Below, piece by piece: positions 9,043 to 19,691 of a DNA stretch of 64,000 bases (its first letter is position 1; each line of letters starts with the position of its first letter). The translations under genes were made by a program, and so were the position numbers. Below the pieces are notes generated by a model. The model did no database searches. It was given only the letters and a program-made list of their open reading frames with translations, and was not told where the DNA came from. The stretch lies in NCBI GenBank assembly GCA_963783625.1, contig CAWAOG010000034.1, positions 58,368 to 122,367 of the forward strand. The letters are read 5' to 3'. This DNA is from an uncultured delta proteobacterium. Lineage in GTDB: Bacteria; Desulfobacterota; Syntrophorhabdia; Syntrophorhabdales; Syntrophorhabdaceae.

Positions 9043-9770
9043 ATGGAAAAAGAATTACCAATACCATATTATCTGCAAGTTGCCGAAACAATACGAAGCA
9101 GGATTCTTGCTAATCACTATAGTCAGGGCGACCTGATCCCCTCTTACCGGGAATTGGAAAAAGAGTTTAATGTCAGCAACATCACCGTGAGAAAGGCTGC
9201 TGCAATTCTTGTACAGGATGGCCTTATCAACCACAGAAAGGGGATTGGCACTGAAGTGTCGAAAATTGACGAAGACAATATCACCTGGGAACTGACGGCA
9301 ATCTTCAGAGCCTCAGAAATTCTTATGATAAAGTTTCTCTTGCCGCTGAAGTACTTGAAATCACGAAAATGGCCTGCCCGGTTCAGATAGGGAAGATTCT
9401 CTCCATTGGGGCGAAGAAAAAAGTCTGGCGAATGAAAAAGATCCGCAGACATGAAGAAATAATCATGGCATATTATATTACTTACAGCGATCCTCGATGG
9501 TGTGTAAATATCGCCAAAAGCGAGGCTGAAAGGGGCGGGTTTGTTGATTTATTCCGCAAGAAATCCGGCCTCAAGTTAACAAGGTTGGAACAAAAAGTTG
9601 AGGCTGCTGTCGCAGACCTCGATCTGTCGGCGATATTAGAAGTCGGTTTTGGTTCTCCTCTTCTCCATATCGAAAATACCTATTACACAAACGAGCATAA
9701 ACCCGTATTGATAACTCAGATATTTTACCGTGGAGACAAAAATTCTTATAAAGCGATTATCAGGTTATAG
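9043..9770 (+). CDS. GntR/HutC-family transcriptional regulator (wHTH + UTRA), one frame break near 9295
   Basis: ORF 9043..9390 has the HTH (LIPSYRELEKEFNVSNITVRKA). ORF 9369..9770 has the effector domain. The frame-corrected junction is ...ITWELTGNLQSLRNSYDKVSLAAEVLEI. Confidence 0.8.
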
Positions 9771-9790
9771 GAAGACAACTTTGGCAGGAA

Positions 9791-10996
9791 GTGAATTATG
9801 ATGAGAGAAAGAAAATGAGTGATCTTGCAGTAGAAAAAGGAAGGGAACAGCAGGTCCGGGATATTCTGGGTGTTTTCAGAAGACTCGCGAAAGAACCTTA
9901 CCAGAGTCTTCAGGACTGGAAAACAGCACAGGGCAGAAAAATCATTGCCTGTATGCCCATGCAGATACCGGAAGAGATCATCCATGCCGCAGGGGCCCTT
10001 CCGGTAATCATACCGGAGAGTAAAGAACCGATTACCATCGCCACAAAGCATATTCAGAATTTTTTTTGCGGTTATGCCCGCAACATCATCGATGTTACGC
10101 TCAAAGGGAAACTGGACTTTCTCGACGGTATGGTATTTCAGGACACCTGCCATACCATGCGGCCCATGTATGATATCATCAATGCGAACCACCCTTTCCC
10201 TTTTATGCAGCGGATATTTATGCCTCTGGCGCTTGCCAAACCACAGGCCAAACCTTTTCTTCTGGAGGAGCTTAAGAGACTCAGAGTTGCCGTTGAAAGA
10301 TTCACGGGACGTGAGATAACCGACAGTGCCCTTGAGAACAGTATTCGTGTTTACAATGAGAACAGAAAACTGATGCGAATGCTCTATGATCTCAGACGTG
10401 GAAGACCCGAAATGATAACCGCCGGAGAGATGGTTGCCATAAATGTGGCAGGCATGCTCATGCCCAAAGAAGAACACAGCGGGTTGTTAAAAAAACTGAT
10501 ACCTGCGCTCGATGGACGCAGGGTTTACCCAAGTGGAGAAGACAGGACAAGACTGGTGATGACGGGAAGCCTCTGCGAAGCGCCGTCAGATGAGCTTTTT
10601 GACCTCACCGAAGAGATGGGGGGTATCATTGTCGATGATGATCTGTATACCGGCTCCCGGTACTTTCTCACGGAAACACCCGAGTTTGCGAACCCAGTCG
10701 AAAGCCTGGCCGAAGCATACCTGCATATGGTTTCTCCTTGTCCCACGAGGATATACCCGAAACTTGAACTGGGACCATACCTGGTGAACATGATCAAGAA
10801 AGCAGACGCGAAGGGCCTCATAATTATAATGGTCAAATTCTGCGAGGCCCATGATTACACCTATCCTCATATGAGGCGCCACCTTGATGCGGCCGGCATC
10901 CCTTATCTGATGATCAAAACGGAACACGAGACAACGCCAACAGAACAGATCAAGACCAGGCTGCAGGCTTTTCTTGAGATTGTGAGGGGAACGTAG
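9791..10996 (+). CDS. 2-hydroxyacyl-CoA dehydratase family (HGD-D; HgdB/BcrB-like) subunit; alternative start ATG 9815
   Basis: Intact 401-aa ORF. It is a paralog of 53206..54363 and is tightly coupled (2 nt) to the next HGD-D gene. Confidence 0.8.
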   Translation: MNYDERKKMSDLAVEKGREQQVRDILGVFRRLAKEPYQSLQDWKTAQGRKIIACMPMQIPEEIIHAAGALPVIIPESKEPITIATKHIQNFFCGYARNIIDVTLKGKLDFLDGMVFQDTCHTMRPMYDIINANHPFPFMQRIFMPLALAKPQAKPFLLEELKRLRVAVERFTGREITDSALENSIRVYNENRKLMRMLYDLRRGRPEMITAGEMVAINVAGMLMPKEEHSGLLKKLIPALDGRRVYPSGEDRTRLVMTGSLCEAPSDELFDLTEEMGGIIVDDDLYTGSRYFLTETPEFANPVESLAEAYLHMVSPCPTRIYPKLELGPYLVNMIKKADAKGLIIIMVKFCEAHDYTYPHMRRHLDAAGIPYLMIKTEHETTPTEQIKTRLQAFLEIVRGT

Positions 10997-10997
10997 C

Positions 10998-12257
10998 ATG
11001 GAAACAGCGAAACAATATCGTAAGGTCGAAGCAACAGGACTTATCAGCGGGATCATTAAGGGTTTCTATGACAACGTTGTAGCGGCCCCAGGGGAAGGAA
11101 AGAAAGTCTGCTGGTGTGTCGGAGCAGGTCCTTATGAGCTGTTCAAAGCACAGGACATCGCGCACTTTCAAACCGAGAACTGGGCAGTTGCCATAAGTGC
11201 GCGTAAGATGGAACGTCCTCTCGTTGAGGAAGCGGCACGGGCCGGTTATTCTTCGGATTGCTGTTCCTACGCCTCCATCAACATCGGCTACGCGCTGCTC
11301 CAGCAGAAGGGGAAAATACCGGATAACCTGTCACCGGAATTGCGTGTCCCGAAACCTGATTTTCTGTTTGCAATCAACACCTGCCCTTCCATGGCGCAGT
11401 GGACCGAGGCGCTCCGTGAGATTTACGACGTTCCCGCTTTTATCATGGATGTGCCCCTGTTTTATGATGACAAGGATGAAGCGCAGTATCAGCGCAACAT
11501 CCTCTATGCCGTAGAGCAATTGCAGGACGCGGTCCGTTTCATAGAGGATATCACGGACAGACCCTATAATTGGGAACGTTTGCGGGAGATCCATACGTAT
11601 ATCAAAAAAGCCTCTCTCGTGCGGAAAGAACTTTTTGAACTCTGGTGCCACAAGCCCGCGGTGATTACCTACTGGGATATGGCCATCGCTCTTGGGGCGG
11701 CCAATGTCTTCAGAGGAACGCCGGAGGCTCTGGCGTACTTTACCGCCATCAGGGACGAAGCGGCCGAGAGAATTCAAAAACGTATCTACAGTATCCCCAA
11801 TGAAAAGCATCGTCTCCTCTGGTATATGAACCACCCCTGGTTCAAAGTGGGTCACCTGTCAAGGTTCTTCGCGGCCCACGATACGGCTGTTATGGGCGGA
11901 CAATACGTAATAGGACCGTACTCGAACCCCGAAAAAATACAGCCCGACCGCCCTCTCTGGACAATAGCGGAAGAACACCCCACAAGGCCCTACGTGCGCA
12001 CAATGGAATACAAAACCGATAAATTTTTGAAAACTCTTGCGCAGGCTTTTCAGGTAGACGGTATTGTTTTTCATGCGCCCAGAACCTGCCGGCCCAATTC
12101 GTGGGACCATTTTGACGAAGGAGAGAAGATCAAGCGGGAACTCGGCCTGCCCTATATTATTATTGAAGCGGACCACAGTGACCCCCAGTTTTATTCCGAA
12201 GCGGAAGTAGACAACAGATTACAGGCATTTATCGAAACGCTGCCCTCAAGGCGGTAG
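10998..12257 (+). CDS. 2-hydroxyacyl-CoA dehydratase family (HGD-D; HgdA/BcrC-like) subunit
   Basis: Intact 419-aa ORF, paralog of 51889..53209. Confidence 0.8.
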   Translation: METAKQYRKVEATGLISGIIKGFYDNVVAAPGEGKKVCWCVGAGPYELFKAQDIAHFQTENWAVAISARKMERPLVEEAARAGYSSDCCSYASINIGYALLQQKGKIPDNLSPELRVPKPDFLFAINTCPSMAQWTEALREIYDVPAFIMDVPLFYDDKDEAQYQRNILYAVEQLQDAVRFIEDITDRPYNWERLREIHTYIKKASLVRKELFELWCHKPAVITYWDMAIALGAANVFRGTPEALAYFTAIRDEAAERIQKRIYSIPNEKHRLLWYMNHPWFKVGHLSRFFAAHDTAVMGGQYVIGPYSNPEKIQPDRPLWTIAEEHPTRPYVRTMEYKTDKFLKTLAQAFQVDGIVFHAPRTCRPNSWDHFDEGEKIKRELGLPYIIIEADHSDPQFYSEAEVDNRLQAFIETLPSRR

Positions 12258-12337
12258 AGGGAGGTTATCATAGATACCACCCGGAAATTCAGGAAACGGC
12301 TCCCCAGGACGCCTTCAGGGATGGAAAGGAGAACGCG

Positions 12338-13291
12338 ATGATACGATATATCGCCAAGAGGTTGCTCTGGTTCATACCTGTTCTGTTTATAACCCTGACT
12401 CTCATCTTTTTCCTTCTCCAGATTGTCCCCGGAGATCCTCTTCGCGCGGCATTCGGGGATCAACAGGCATTGAGCGAAGCGCAACTGAGCACATTACGAG
12501 CCCAGCTGGGGTTGGACAAACCTGTCTACGTGCGATACTTCAAATGGCTATGGGATGTGGTAAATCTCGATCTGGGCATATCTTTCTATTCCGGTGACAC
12601 TGTTAAAGAGCAGCTTTCGGCGAGAATCCCTATCACTACCGGCCTTGTGACCCTTTCTGCAATTCTTATGGTTCTTCTGTCATTGCCTTGCGGAGCAATA
12701 AGTGGTTTTTATCACGACAAGTGGCCTGATTGGCTCATGCGTGTTTTTTCCACTTTTTCCATATCCATTCCCCACTTCTGGATCGCAGTCATAGCTATTA
12801 TGCTTCTTCTAAAATTCCGAGGATCGTCTCTGTCTATTGAGTATTTCAACATTTTTACACATCCCTATGATGCTGCAAAGCAACTCATCCTGCCAGCTTT
12901 TATCATGACCCTCCGGCCCATCGGCATAGGCACGAGAATGATACGCTCGGCCCTTATAGAAATTCTTGGAGAAGACTATGTAAGAACGGCACGATCCAAG
13001 GGGCTGTCCGAGGCCCTTGTCACCAGACGCCATGCGCTGCCAAATGCACTTGTCCCTGTAGTGACCTTCTTTGGTCTCGAAACAGTAATCCTTATTGGCG
13101 CTGCTGTTGTGATAGAGCGTGTCTTCGGGCTACCAGGCATTGGCAGCCTTGTGGTCCAGGCGGCTCAGAGTCGCGATCTGTTCGTCTTGCAGGGAAGCAT
13201 CCTCGTGCTGCTGGTCTTTGCCATGTTTATCAATCTTGTTGTTGATCTACTGTATGCGGCACTGGATCCACGAGTGAGATATGAATCATGA
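12338..13291 (+). CDS. ABC transporter permease, peptide/nickel (DppB/OppB) type
   Basis: Intact 317-aa multi-TM ORF. It overlaps the next permease by 4 nt. Confidence 0.9.
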   Translation: MIRYIAKRLLWFIPVLFITLTLIFFLLQIVPGDPLRAAFGDQQALSEAQLSTLRAQLGLDKPVYVRYFKWLWDVVNLDLGISFYSGDTVKEQLSARIPITTGLVTLSAILMVLLSLPCGAISGFYHDKWPDWLMRVFSTFSISIPHFWIAVIAIMLLLKFRGSSLSIEYFNIFTHPYDAAKQLILPAFIMTLRPIGIGTRMIRSALIEILGEDYVRTARSKGLSEALVTRRHALPNALVPVVTFFGLETVILIGAAVVIERVFGLPGIGSLVVQAAQSRDLFVLQGSILVLLVFAMFINLVVDLLYAALDPRVRYES

Positions 13292-14166
13292 ACAGCGCTG
13301 ATACCTCACCGAGGCAAGTGGATGGAAATTGGATGAGAAAGGCAGTGGCGCTGTGTATGGAGGAACCGCTGGGCGCCATCGGTGTGCTCCTTCTTTTTGC
13401 CCTTCTGCTCTGTGCCATCGGTGCCCCTCTGTTCACCAGCAGGGACCCCATCAGTACATCTATAATGAACGTTTTCAAGGCTCCCTCAGGGAATTTCTGG
13501 TTCGGTACGGATCAATTGGGCCGCGACGTCTGGAGCAGGTTTATTTACGGATCGCGCACTTCACTGCTCGTTGGGTTAGGGGCCGTAGGGCTGGCCTCTG
13601 TTCTTGGCGGACTTGTTGGTATCTTTAGTGGGTTGATAGGAGGTAGAGTCGACAATTATCTCCAGAGATTCATGGATGCCCTGATGGCAATGCCTGCCAT
13701 TGTGCTTGCTATTTTGATTATGGCTGTACTGGGAACATCGATCCAAAATACAATCCTGGCCATTGCCCTAGCCTATTTTCCCAGAGTCAACAGATTGACC
13801 CGATCAACAACGGTAGTGCTGAGGGAAAACCTTTTTGTTGAATCGGCAAAAGTCGCAGGTGCATCAAAGCTCCGGGTCGGCCTTTACCATATTTTGCCAA
13901 ATTGCATCGGTCCGTGGCTTGTTTACGCCTCAGCACTGTTGGGTACCGCATTTCTGGCGGAGGCGACTTTAAGTTTCTTGGGTCTGGGTGTGCCCCCACC
14001 TACCCCTTCCTGGGGGAGAGACCTATCGGAAAACATGAATCGTTTTGAATTAGCACCCTGGCTTTGTATATTTCCCGGCCTTGGGATCAGTATGGCCGTC
14101 TTTGCGGCAAATTTTATAGGAGATTCCGCGCGGAATTTATTAGATCCCAGGTTAAAGAAAGTATAA
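13288..14166 (+). CDS. ABC transporter permease, DppC/OppC type
   Basis: Intact 292-aa multi-TM ORF. Confidence 0.9.
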   Translation: MNSADTSPRQVDGNWMRKAVALCMEEPLGAIGVLLLFALLLCAIGAPLFTSRDPISTSIMNVFKAPSGNFWFGTDQLGRDVWSRFIYGSRTSLLVGLGAVGLASVLGGLVGIFSGLIGGRVDNYLQRFMDALMAMPAIVLAILIMAVLGTSIQNTILAIALAYFPRVNRLTRSTTVVLRENLFVESAKVAGASKLRVGLYHILPNCIGPWLVYASALLGTAFLAEATLSFLGLGVPPPTPSWGRDLSENMNRFELAPWLCIFPGLGISMAVFAANFIGDSARNLLDPRLKKV

Positions 14167-14353
14167 GAAACTAAGAAAAGGAGGATCGACCCACGAAACA
14201 GAGAAGTGTAGTATTCGTCGCAATGGTTTTTTTATTCGGCTGTGAGTCTTTGTACTTTGGAATTACGTTTTCTGCTTGGGGAAGTATCGATCGGATATAG
14301 TACGAGGGAACGGCAAGGAATATGGATAAAATCCAAATAAGGAGGATCAAATC

Positions 14354-16027
14354 ATGAAGTACACACATAATATTGTTCTCTTCATTATATTATTTGTCAT
14401 GGGATTGGTATTAGTAACTGCTATGCCTGCTGCCAGTGCCGAGCCCAAGGGCCCAGTCAGGGGTGGAAACCTGAGGTTAGCCATGGTTTCCGATGCACCG
14501 AGTTTCGATTCCCATACCTCCACCTCGGGTCGGGTTCTCATCCATGCTGCAGCCGTATTCAACGGCCTGGTAAGGACTAATCCTTTGAAGGAACAAGTGA
14601 CAGTGGAGAATATAATACCCGATCTTGCCCAAGGCTGGAAGATTAGCACTGATGGCAAAACCTATACGTTCAACCTGCGCAAAGGGGTAAAGTTTCATGA
14701 CGGAAAACCCTTTACCGCAAAGGACGTGAAGTACAGCATCGACAAATACCGGGATCCCAAGCGAAGTGCCTTTGCATCTTATGTGGCTCCTATAGAAGGC
14801 GTGGACATCGTCGATGACTACACTGTCAAGATCCTCCTCAAACACCCTTATCCGGAACTCCTCCTCTTTCTGTGCCCCCCCTATGCATCAATTTATCCGG
14901 AACACCTTAAGGATGTTGATAAGCGGACCACAAAATTCCTTATCGGGACCGGACCCTTCAAATTCAAATCCCATGTGCCTGGTAAGATCTATTCCTATGA
15001 GAAAAATCCGGACTATTTCATCAAAGGCTTGCCTTATCTCGACGAGTATACGGTCTATGTCCTCGGTTTTGAGGCCATGGTGGATGCCTTCATTGGGGGA
15101 AATCTCGATACCTCGGGTACCCTAAGGTACTATCTAGACAATGATCGGATGCTAGTGTTAAAGGTGAAGCAATATGCCCCTGAGGCTATCACCGTGCTCG
15201 AACCATCGGGTTCAGCACGTGGTGCCTATTTCAGCTTTGTGCATAAAGGCCCATGGAATGATGCGAGGGTACGTAAGGCCTTGGCCATGACCCTTAATTA
15301 TCAGGAACTGATCATTGCCGGTGTTGGTGGCCTGGAACTGAACTATGTGGAAGGGGCAGGCCTTGTACCCTTTTATCTGAAAGAAGCATGGACCAAGAAG
15401 GAAGTTGCCAAAGCCTTGGGAATTGAAGGTCCCATGGACAAAAGGATCGCAGAGGCAAAGAGGCTGCTGGCGGAAGCGGGTGTGCCCAACGGATTCAGCC
15501 TTGAGTGCATCACCAGGTCTGATGAAAAATTCAGAGTCAATGTAGCTTTGTATGCCGCTGATATGTGGAAAAAACATTTGAACATTGATATGAAGGTAAC
15601 GCCTCTGGATCAGGCTTTGTTTTTTACCAGGAGGGACAAGGGTGACTTTGATGTCGTAATTGATACGCTGAACACAATTACGGGAAGTTCTACCATCGAG
15701 TTCTTAAGCAGCTTTGTTACTGGAGAAACGGTCAATTACGGTAAATGGTCAAATAAGGGATATGATGACCTCGTCCAGCAGGTTATCTCTACTCAGGATC
15801 CTAAGAAGAGGATCACCTTCGCCCGAAAAGCTCAAACGGTATTCTTTGACGATATGCCATTCATCAATTTCTGCGGCTCATCCTATGGAGTTGCCTGGCG
15901 CCCGGATTTAATGACAGGATGGCCACCCAAGAAGGGGGTAGTCATACAACCCGTTGCCACGAACTGGAACAGCATCGATCGTATATGGTTCCAGGGAACG
16001 GCAAAGAGATGGACAAAATCGAAATAG
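14354..16027 (+). CDS. ABC substrate-binding protein, family 5 (peptide/nickel type)
   Basis: Intact 557-aa ORF with a signal peptide, and AAGGAGG 7 nt upstream. Confidence 0.9.
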   Translation: MKYTHNIVLFIILFVMGLVLVTAMPAASAEPKGPVRGGNLRLAMVSDAPSFDSHTSTSGRVLIHAAAVFNGLVRTNPLKEQVTVENIIPDLAQGWKISTDGKTYTFNLRKGVKFHDGKPFTAKDVKYSIDKYRDPKRSAFASYVAPIEGVDIVDDYTVKILLKHPYPELLLFLCPPYASIYPEHLKDVDKRTTKFLIGTGPFKFKSHVPGKIYSYEKNPDYFIKGLPYLDEYTVYVLGFEAMVDAFIGGNLDTSGTLRYYLDNDRMLVLKVKQYAPEAITVLEPSGSARGAYFSFVHKGPWNDARVRKALAMTLNYQELIIAGVGGLELNYVEGAGLVPFYLKEAWTKKEVAKALGIEGPMDKRIAEAKRLLAEAGVPNGFSLECITRSDEKFRVNVALYAADMWKKHLNIDMKVTPLDQALFFTRRDKGDFDVVIDTLNTITGSSTIEFLSSFVTGETVNYGKWSNKGYDDLVQQVISTQDPKKRITFARKAQTVFFDDMPFINFCGSSYGVAWRPDLMTGWPPKKGVVIQPVATNWNSIDRIWFQGTAKRWTKSK

Positions 16028-16056
16028 GGCAGCATGAACCTTTCTAGAGAGACATC

Positions 16057-17046
16057 ATGGAAGCGATGACAAAAGAGACGATCCTTAGCGTGAAGAATCT
16101 CCGGACTCATTTTCTGAGGCGTTATCGACCGTCCATGAAGGCCGTTGATGGGCTGAGCTATGATGTTAGGCGAGGAGAAATGGTAGCCATCGTGGGAGAA
16201 TCGGGGTGTGGAAAAACGATGGGAGCCCTTTCGCTTATCCGTTTGAATCCATCTACAAGCACCATAGTTGACGGACAAGTAATGTGGCGAAATCGGGATG
16301 TCTTAAAAGCCTCCGAGCAAGAGATGCGCCAGATCCGAGGGAGAGAAATTGGCGTAATTTTTCAGAATCCCTTGAGTTCGCTCAATCCACTGATGACGAT
16401 CGCTCGTCAGATGAGCGAGAGCCTTGAGATCCATTTTGGAATGAGCCGATCAGAAAGCTTTAACGAGTCAAAGCGGGTGCTTGAAATGGTATCTGTGCCC
16501 GATGCAGAGAGCAAAATGAGGGCCTACCCCTTTGAATTGAGCGGTGGCATGAGGCAGCGCGTGATGGTGGCAATGGCCATATGCTGTAAACCGCAACTTG
16601 TCATCGCCGATGAACCTACCACTGCCCTGGATGCGACCACGCAGGAGCAAATCTTGGAACTAATAGCCTCTGCCAACGAAAAGGAAGGCAGAGCGACAAT
16701 CTTGGTGACCCATGACCTTGGCATTGTTGCCCGGTATGCGGATACCGTCCATATCATGTATGCAGGGCGCATTGTGGAGACCGCCGACTGTGTTGAACTA
16801 TATTCTCAACCCCTGCATCCCTATGCCGAAGCGCTCTTAAAGGCGGTGCCCCGTTTTGACCGTACCGCAGACTATGAACTTGCACCGATCGGCGGTTTCC
16901 CCCCGCGCCTTGATAGCCTGGGAGTTGGTTGTCCTTTTTCACCTCGGTGCGCCCGGAAGTTGAGAGAGTGTGATGAGGAGCTTCCGCCTTTTAAGAACAT
17001 CTCAGCGAATCACGCTGTTGCCTGCTGGCGCGCAGAGAAAGGATAG
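16057..17046 (+). CDS. ABC ATP-binding protein (DppD/OppD type)
   Basis: Walker A GESGCGKT, signature LSGGMRQRV, and a C-terminal Cys-containing oligopeptide-ATPase tail. Confidence 0.9.
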   Translation: MEAMTKETILSVKNLRTHFLRRYRPSMKAVDGLSYDVRRGEMVAIVGESGCGKTMGALSLIRLNPSTSTIVDGQVMWRNRDVLKASEQEMRQIRGREIGVIFQNPLSSLNPLMTIARQMSESLEIHFGMSRSESFNESKRVLEMVSVPDAESKMRAYPFELSGGMRQRVMVAMAICCKPQLVIADEPTTALDATTQEQILELIASANEKEGRATILVTHDLGIVARYADTVHIMYAGRIVETADCVELYSQPLHPYAEALLKAVPRFDRTADYELAPIGGFPPRLDSLGVGCPFSPRCARKLRECDEELPPFKNISANHAVACWRAEKG

Positions 17047-17051
17047 AGCTA

Positions 17052-18020
17052 ATGACTACACCTCTCATTGAAGTGAAAAAGCTCACGAAACGTTATTCAG
17101 TTACAAAAGGGATTTTCAAGCGTCCCGTCGGCAGTATAGGGGCTGTTGATGGAGTCAGTTTCGGCATCAATGAAGGCCAGACGTTTGGGCTTGTGGGCGA
17201 GAGCGGCTGTGGCAAAACAACTCTTGGCCGCTGCATCCTTCAGACGATTCGGCCAAGTTCAGGACAGATTATTTTTAAAGGGGAAGAAATCTCTTTCGAG
17301 ACTAGCACAAGACCGAAGAAACTAAGTTCTAAGATGCAGGTTGTGTTTCAGGACCCGTACAGCTCCCTCAATCCCCGGCACAAGATAAGGGATATCATAC
17401 TTGAGCCTCTCGTGATCCAGGGAGATGTAGCCAAGATGGCCATGTCCAAGCGACTGAAGAGGCTCTATGAGTTGACCGGACTGGAGGAAGATATGGGTGA
17501 ACGTTATCCTCACATGCTGAGCGGGGGACAACTGCAGCGGGTCTGTATCGCCCGGGCCATGATTGTACAGCCGAGCTTTGTCGTATGCGACGAGCCGGTT
17601 GCTTCACTGGATGTTTCCATCAGGGCTCAGATTCTTAATCTGTTCAAGTCTCTCCAGAAGGAATTGAATGTTTCCTACCTCTTCATCTCTCATGACCTTT
17701 CAGTAGTGCATTACATCAGTGATATAGTTGCTGTCATGTATCTGGGAAAGATTGTTGAGATATCGCCCAAAGCAGAGTTGTATGAAAACCCTCTCCATTC
17801 ATATACCCACGCGCTGCTCTCCGCAATCCCCATTCCGGATCCAATCCTGGAGAGACAAAGAAAAAGAAAAATTGTTGAAGGTGAGGTGCCGAGTGCCCTG
17901 AATGTTCCCTCAGGCTGCCGTTTTCATCCCCGCTGTCCTGATGCCAACAAGATTTGTTCTGAGGAGGAACCTGATTTGCGCGAGGCAAGTCCAGGACATT
18001 GGGTCGCCTGCCATACTTGA
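17052..18020 (+). CDS. ABC ATP-binding protein (DppF/OppF type)
   Basis: Walker A GESGCGKTT, signature LSGGQLQRV. Confidence 0.9.
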   Translation: MTTPLIEVKKLTKRYSVTKGIFKRPVGSIGAVDGVSFGINEGQTFGLVGESGCGKTTLGRCILQTIRPSSGQIIFKGEEISFETSTRPKKLSSKMQVVFQDPYSSLNPRHKIRDIILEPLVIQGDVAKMAMSKRLKRLYELTGLEEDMGERYPHMLSGGQLQRVCIARAMIVQPSFVVCDEPVASLDVSIRAQILNLFKSLQKELNVSYLFISHDLSVVHYISDIVAVMYLGKIVEISPKAELYENPLHSYTHALLSAIPIPDPILERQRKRKIVEGEVPSALNVPSGCRFHPRCPDANKICSEEEPDLREASPGHWVACHT

Positions 18021-18107
18021 GGAAGGAGAAGATCGATGGTTGATAACAGACGTGAGTCATCAAGTGAAAAAAATAATTGTTCCTTGTCTTTCTCAGACAA
18101 AGGGGAG

Positions 18108-19568
18108 ATGGGGGAATTTCCAGTGGAAACAAGGGCCGCGACGCAGCCTTTGACCTCGCACATTATGCAGTGAACACGGCCTATGCGGACTTGCCGCGCG
18201 AGATTGTGGAGATGACAAAGCGTTGTATTCTCGACACCCTTGGTGTTACAATCGCCGCGTCCACGTTGGATCCCATGGCAAAAGAGATTGTGGACCTCGT
18301 CAAAGAAGGGGGCTGGTAAGGAGGAGAGTACGATTCTGAGTTTTGGTGGTAAGGTGCCCTGTTGGATGGCCGCATTTGCTAACGGTGCGATGGGACACAT
18401 GGTGGATTATGACGACATGAATAACATGGGCAAGATCCATTCCGGGATAACCACTGTTCTTCCCGGTTTTGCTGTTGCGGAACGAATCGGAAAAGTGGCG
18501 GGAAAGGATTTTATTGCCGCCGTGACTTTGGGAAACGATATCATGGTCAGGTTAGGACGGGCAATCACGTTGAGTCCTCAGGGACGGGATGAATGGACCA
18601 TGGATAAGGGTTGGTTTTCAACCCAACTTTTCGGATTTATTAGTGGTGCTGTCACTGTGGGAAAACTTCTTAATCTTAGCGAAACACAAATGATAGATAC
18701 CATCGGCATCGCCTCAGCGCAGCTATCCGGCAGCAGGCAGATGGCCACGGGCTTTGCCGCTGAGACGAGGGCAATTCAGGGAGCATGGACCGGCAAGGGT
18801 TCAGTGCTTTCGGCACTGCTTGCAGAAAGAGGTGTTACGGGTGCGAGGGAGAGCCTCGAAGGCAGGTATGGAATCTTCAAGGTTTACATGCAGGCAGAAC
18901 CTGACAGAGATTCATTGGTTGGAGATCTCGGACGGCGCTTCGATGCCATGGGGATGCAGTTCAAACCTTGGCCCGCGTGCGGCGGAACGCATCATGCTAT
19001 CTACTCCGTTCTGGAACTCATGCGTGAACACGAGTTACATCCAGCTGACGTGGAACAGGTGCGTATCATCGGAGGTACGCCCCACACTCAACTCCTGTCT
19101 GAACCAATAGAGTCGAAACGAAGACCGAAAACGGCAATTGACGGTAAGTACAGTATTCCCTTTACCGCTGCTGCTGCTATAGTTAAAGGCAATGTAACTC
19201 TTCGTGAGTATACAGATGAAGGGCTCAATGATCCGGAGGTCCTTGCGATGGCGGAACGTGTCTCTTATGTATACGATGACGAGATCGCCTCAAGACGAAA
19301 AGAGGAGCCTCCCAAGGTGGAGATACGAACGAAGAGCGGCGCAACAGTATACCGTCAGGACAGTGTTATCTACGGAATGCCTGAAAAACCTGTAGCAGGA
19401 GCAGATCTCATAAATAAATTCCGCGATTGTGTCTCGTTCTCAGCTGTTCAGGTGTCTCCAGAAAACGTAGAGCGCGCAATTGCGATGATTGACAGACTGG
19501 AGGAGTTGGACGATGTGGGGAAAATAATGGAAGTACTCACGGTACAAAATACTAAGCCTGCAAATTAG
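18108..19568 (+). CDS. MmgE/PrpD-family protein, two compensating frame breaks (one between 18108-18170, one in G5 at 18308-18312)
   Basis: ATG 18108 is in the same frame as ORF 18240..19568. The segment AAFDLAHYAVNTAYADLPREIVEMTKRCILDTLGV lies in the frame of ORF 18077..18319. Confidence 0.8.
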
Positions 19569-19691
19569 GCGGCACGTGTGCAAAGTGCAAGAAACAAGGG
19601 GAATGCGTAAGATGGCAGCATTTATAAACATGCCGGAAGCAGTTGTTACACTTTCCTATCGTATGTTTTCCGTAAAACAAAGGAGGAATTG

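Noticed and set aside
9746-10477. Long antisense ORFs inside well-supported genes, e.g. 9746..10477(-), 33493..34281(-), 33002..33607(-), 29293..29883(-), 19992..20462(-)
   Set aside because: They have no RBS, no family-like sequence and skewed composition. Each is fully overlapped by a gene with clear motifs on the other strand. These are typical shadow ORFs.
9791-12257. Calling the HGD-D subunit pairs benzoyl-CoA reductase BcrB/BcrC
   Set aside because: Class I benzoyl-CoA reductase needs two distinct ATPase subunits (BcrA and BcrD) encoded alongside. Only one single-domain HgdC-like ATPase is present. The adjacency to family III CoA-transferases fits the 2-hydroxyacyl-CoA dehydratase architecture better. 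I cannot distinguish the subfamilies without a search.
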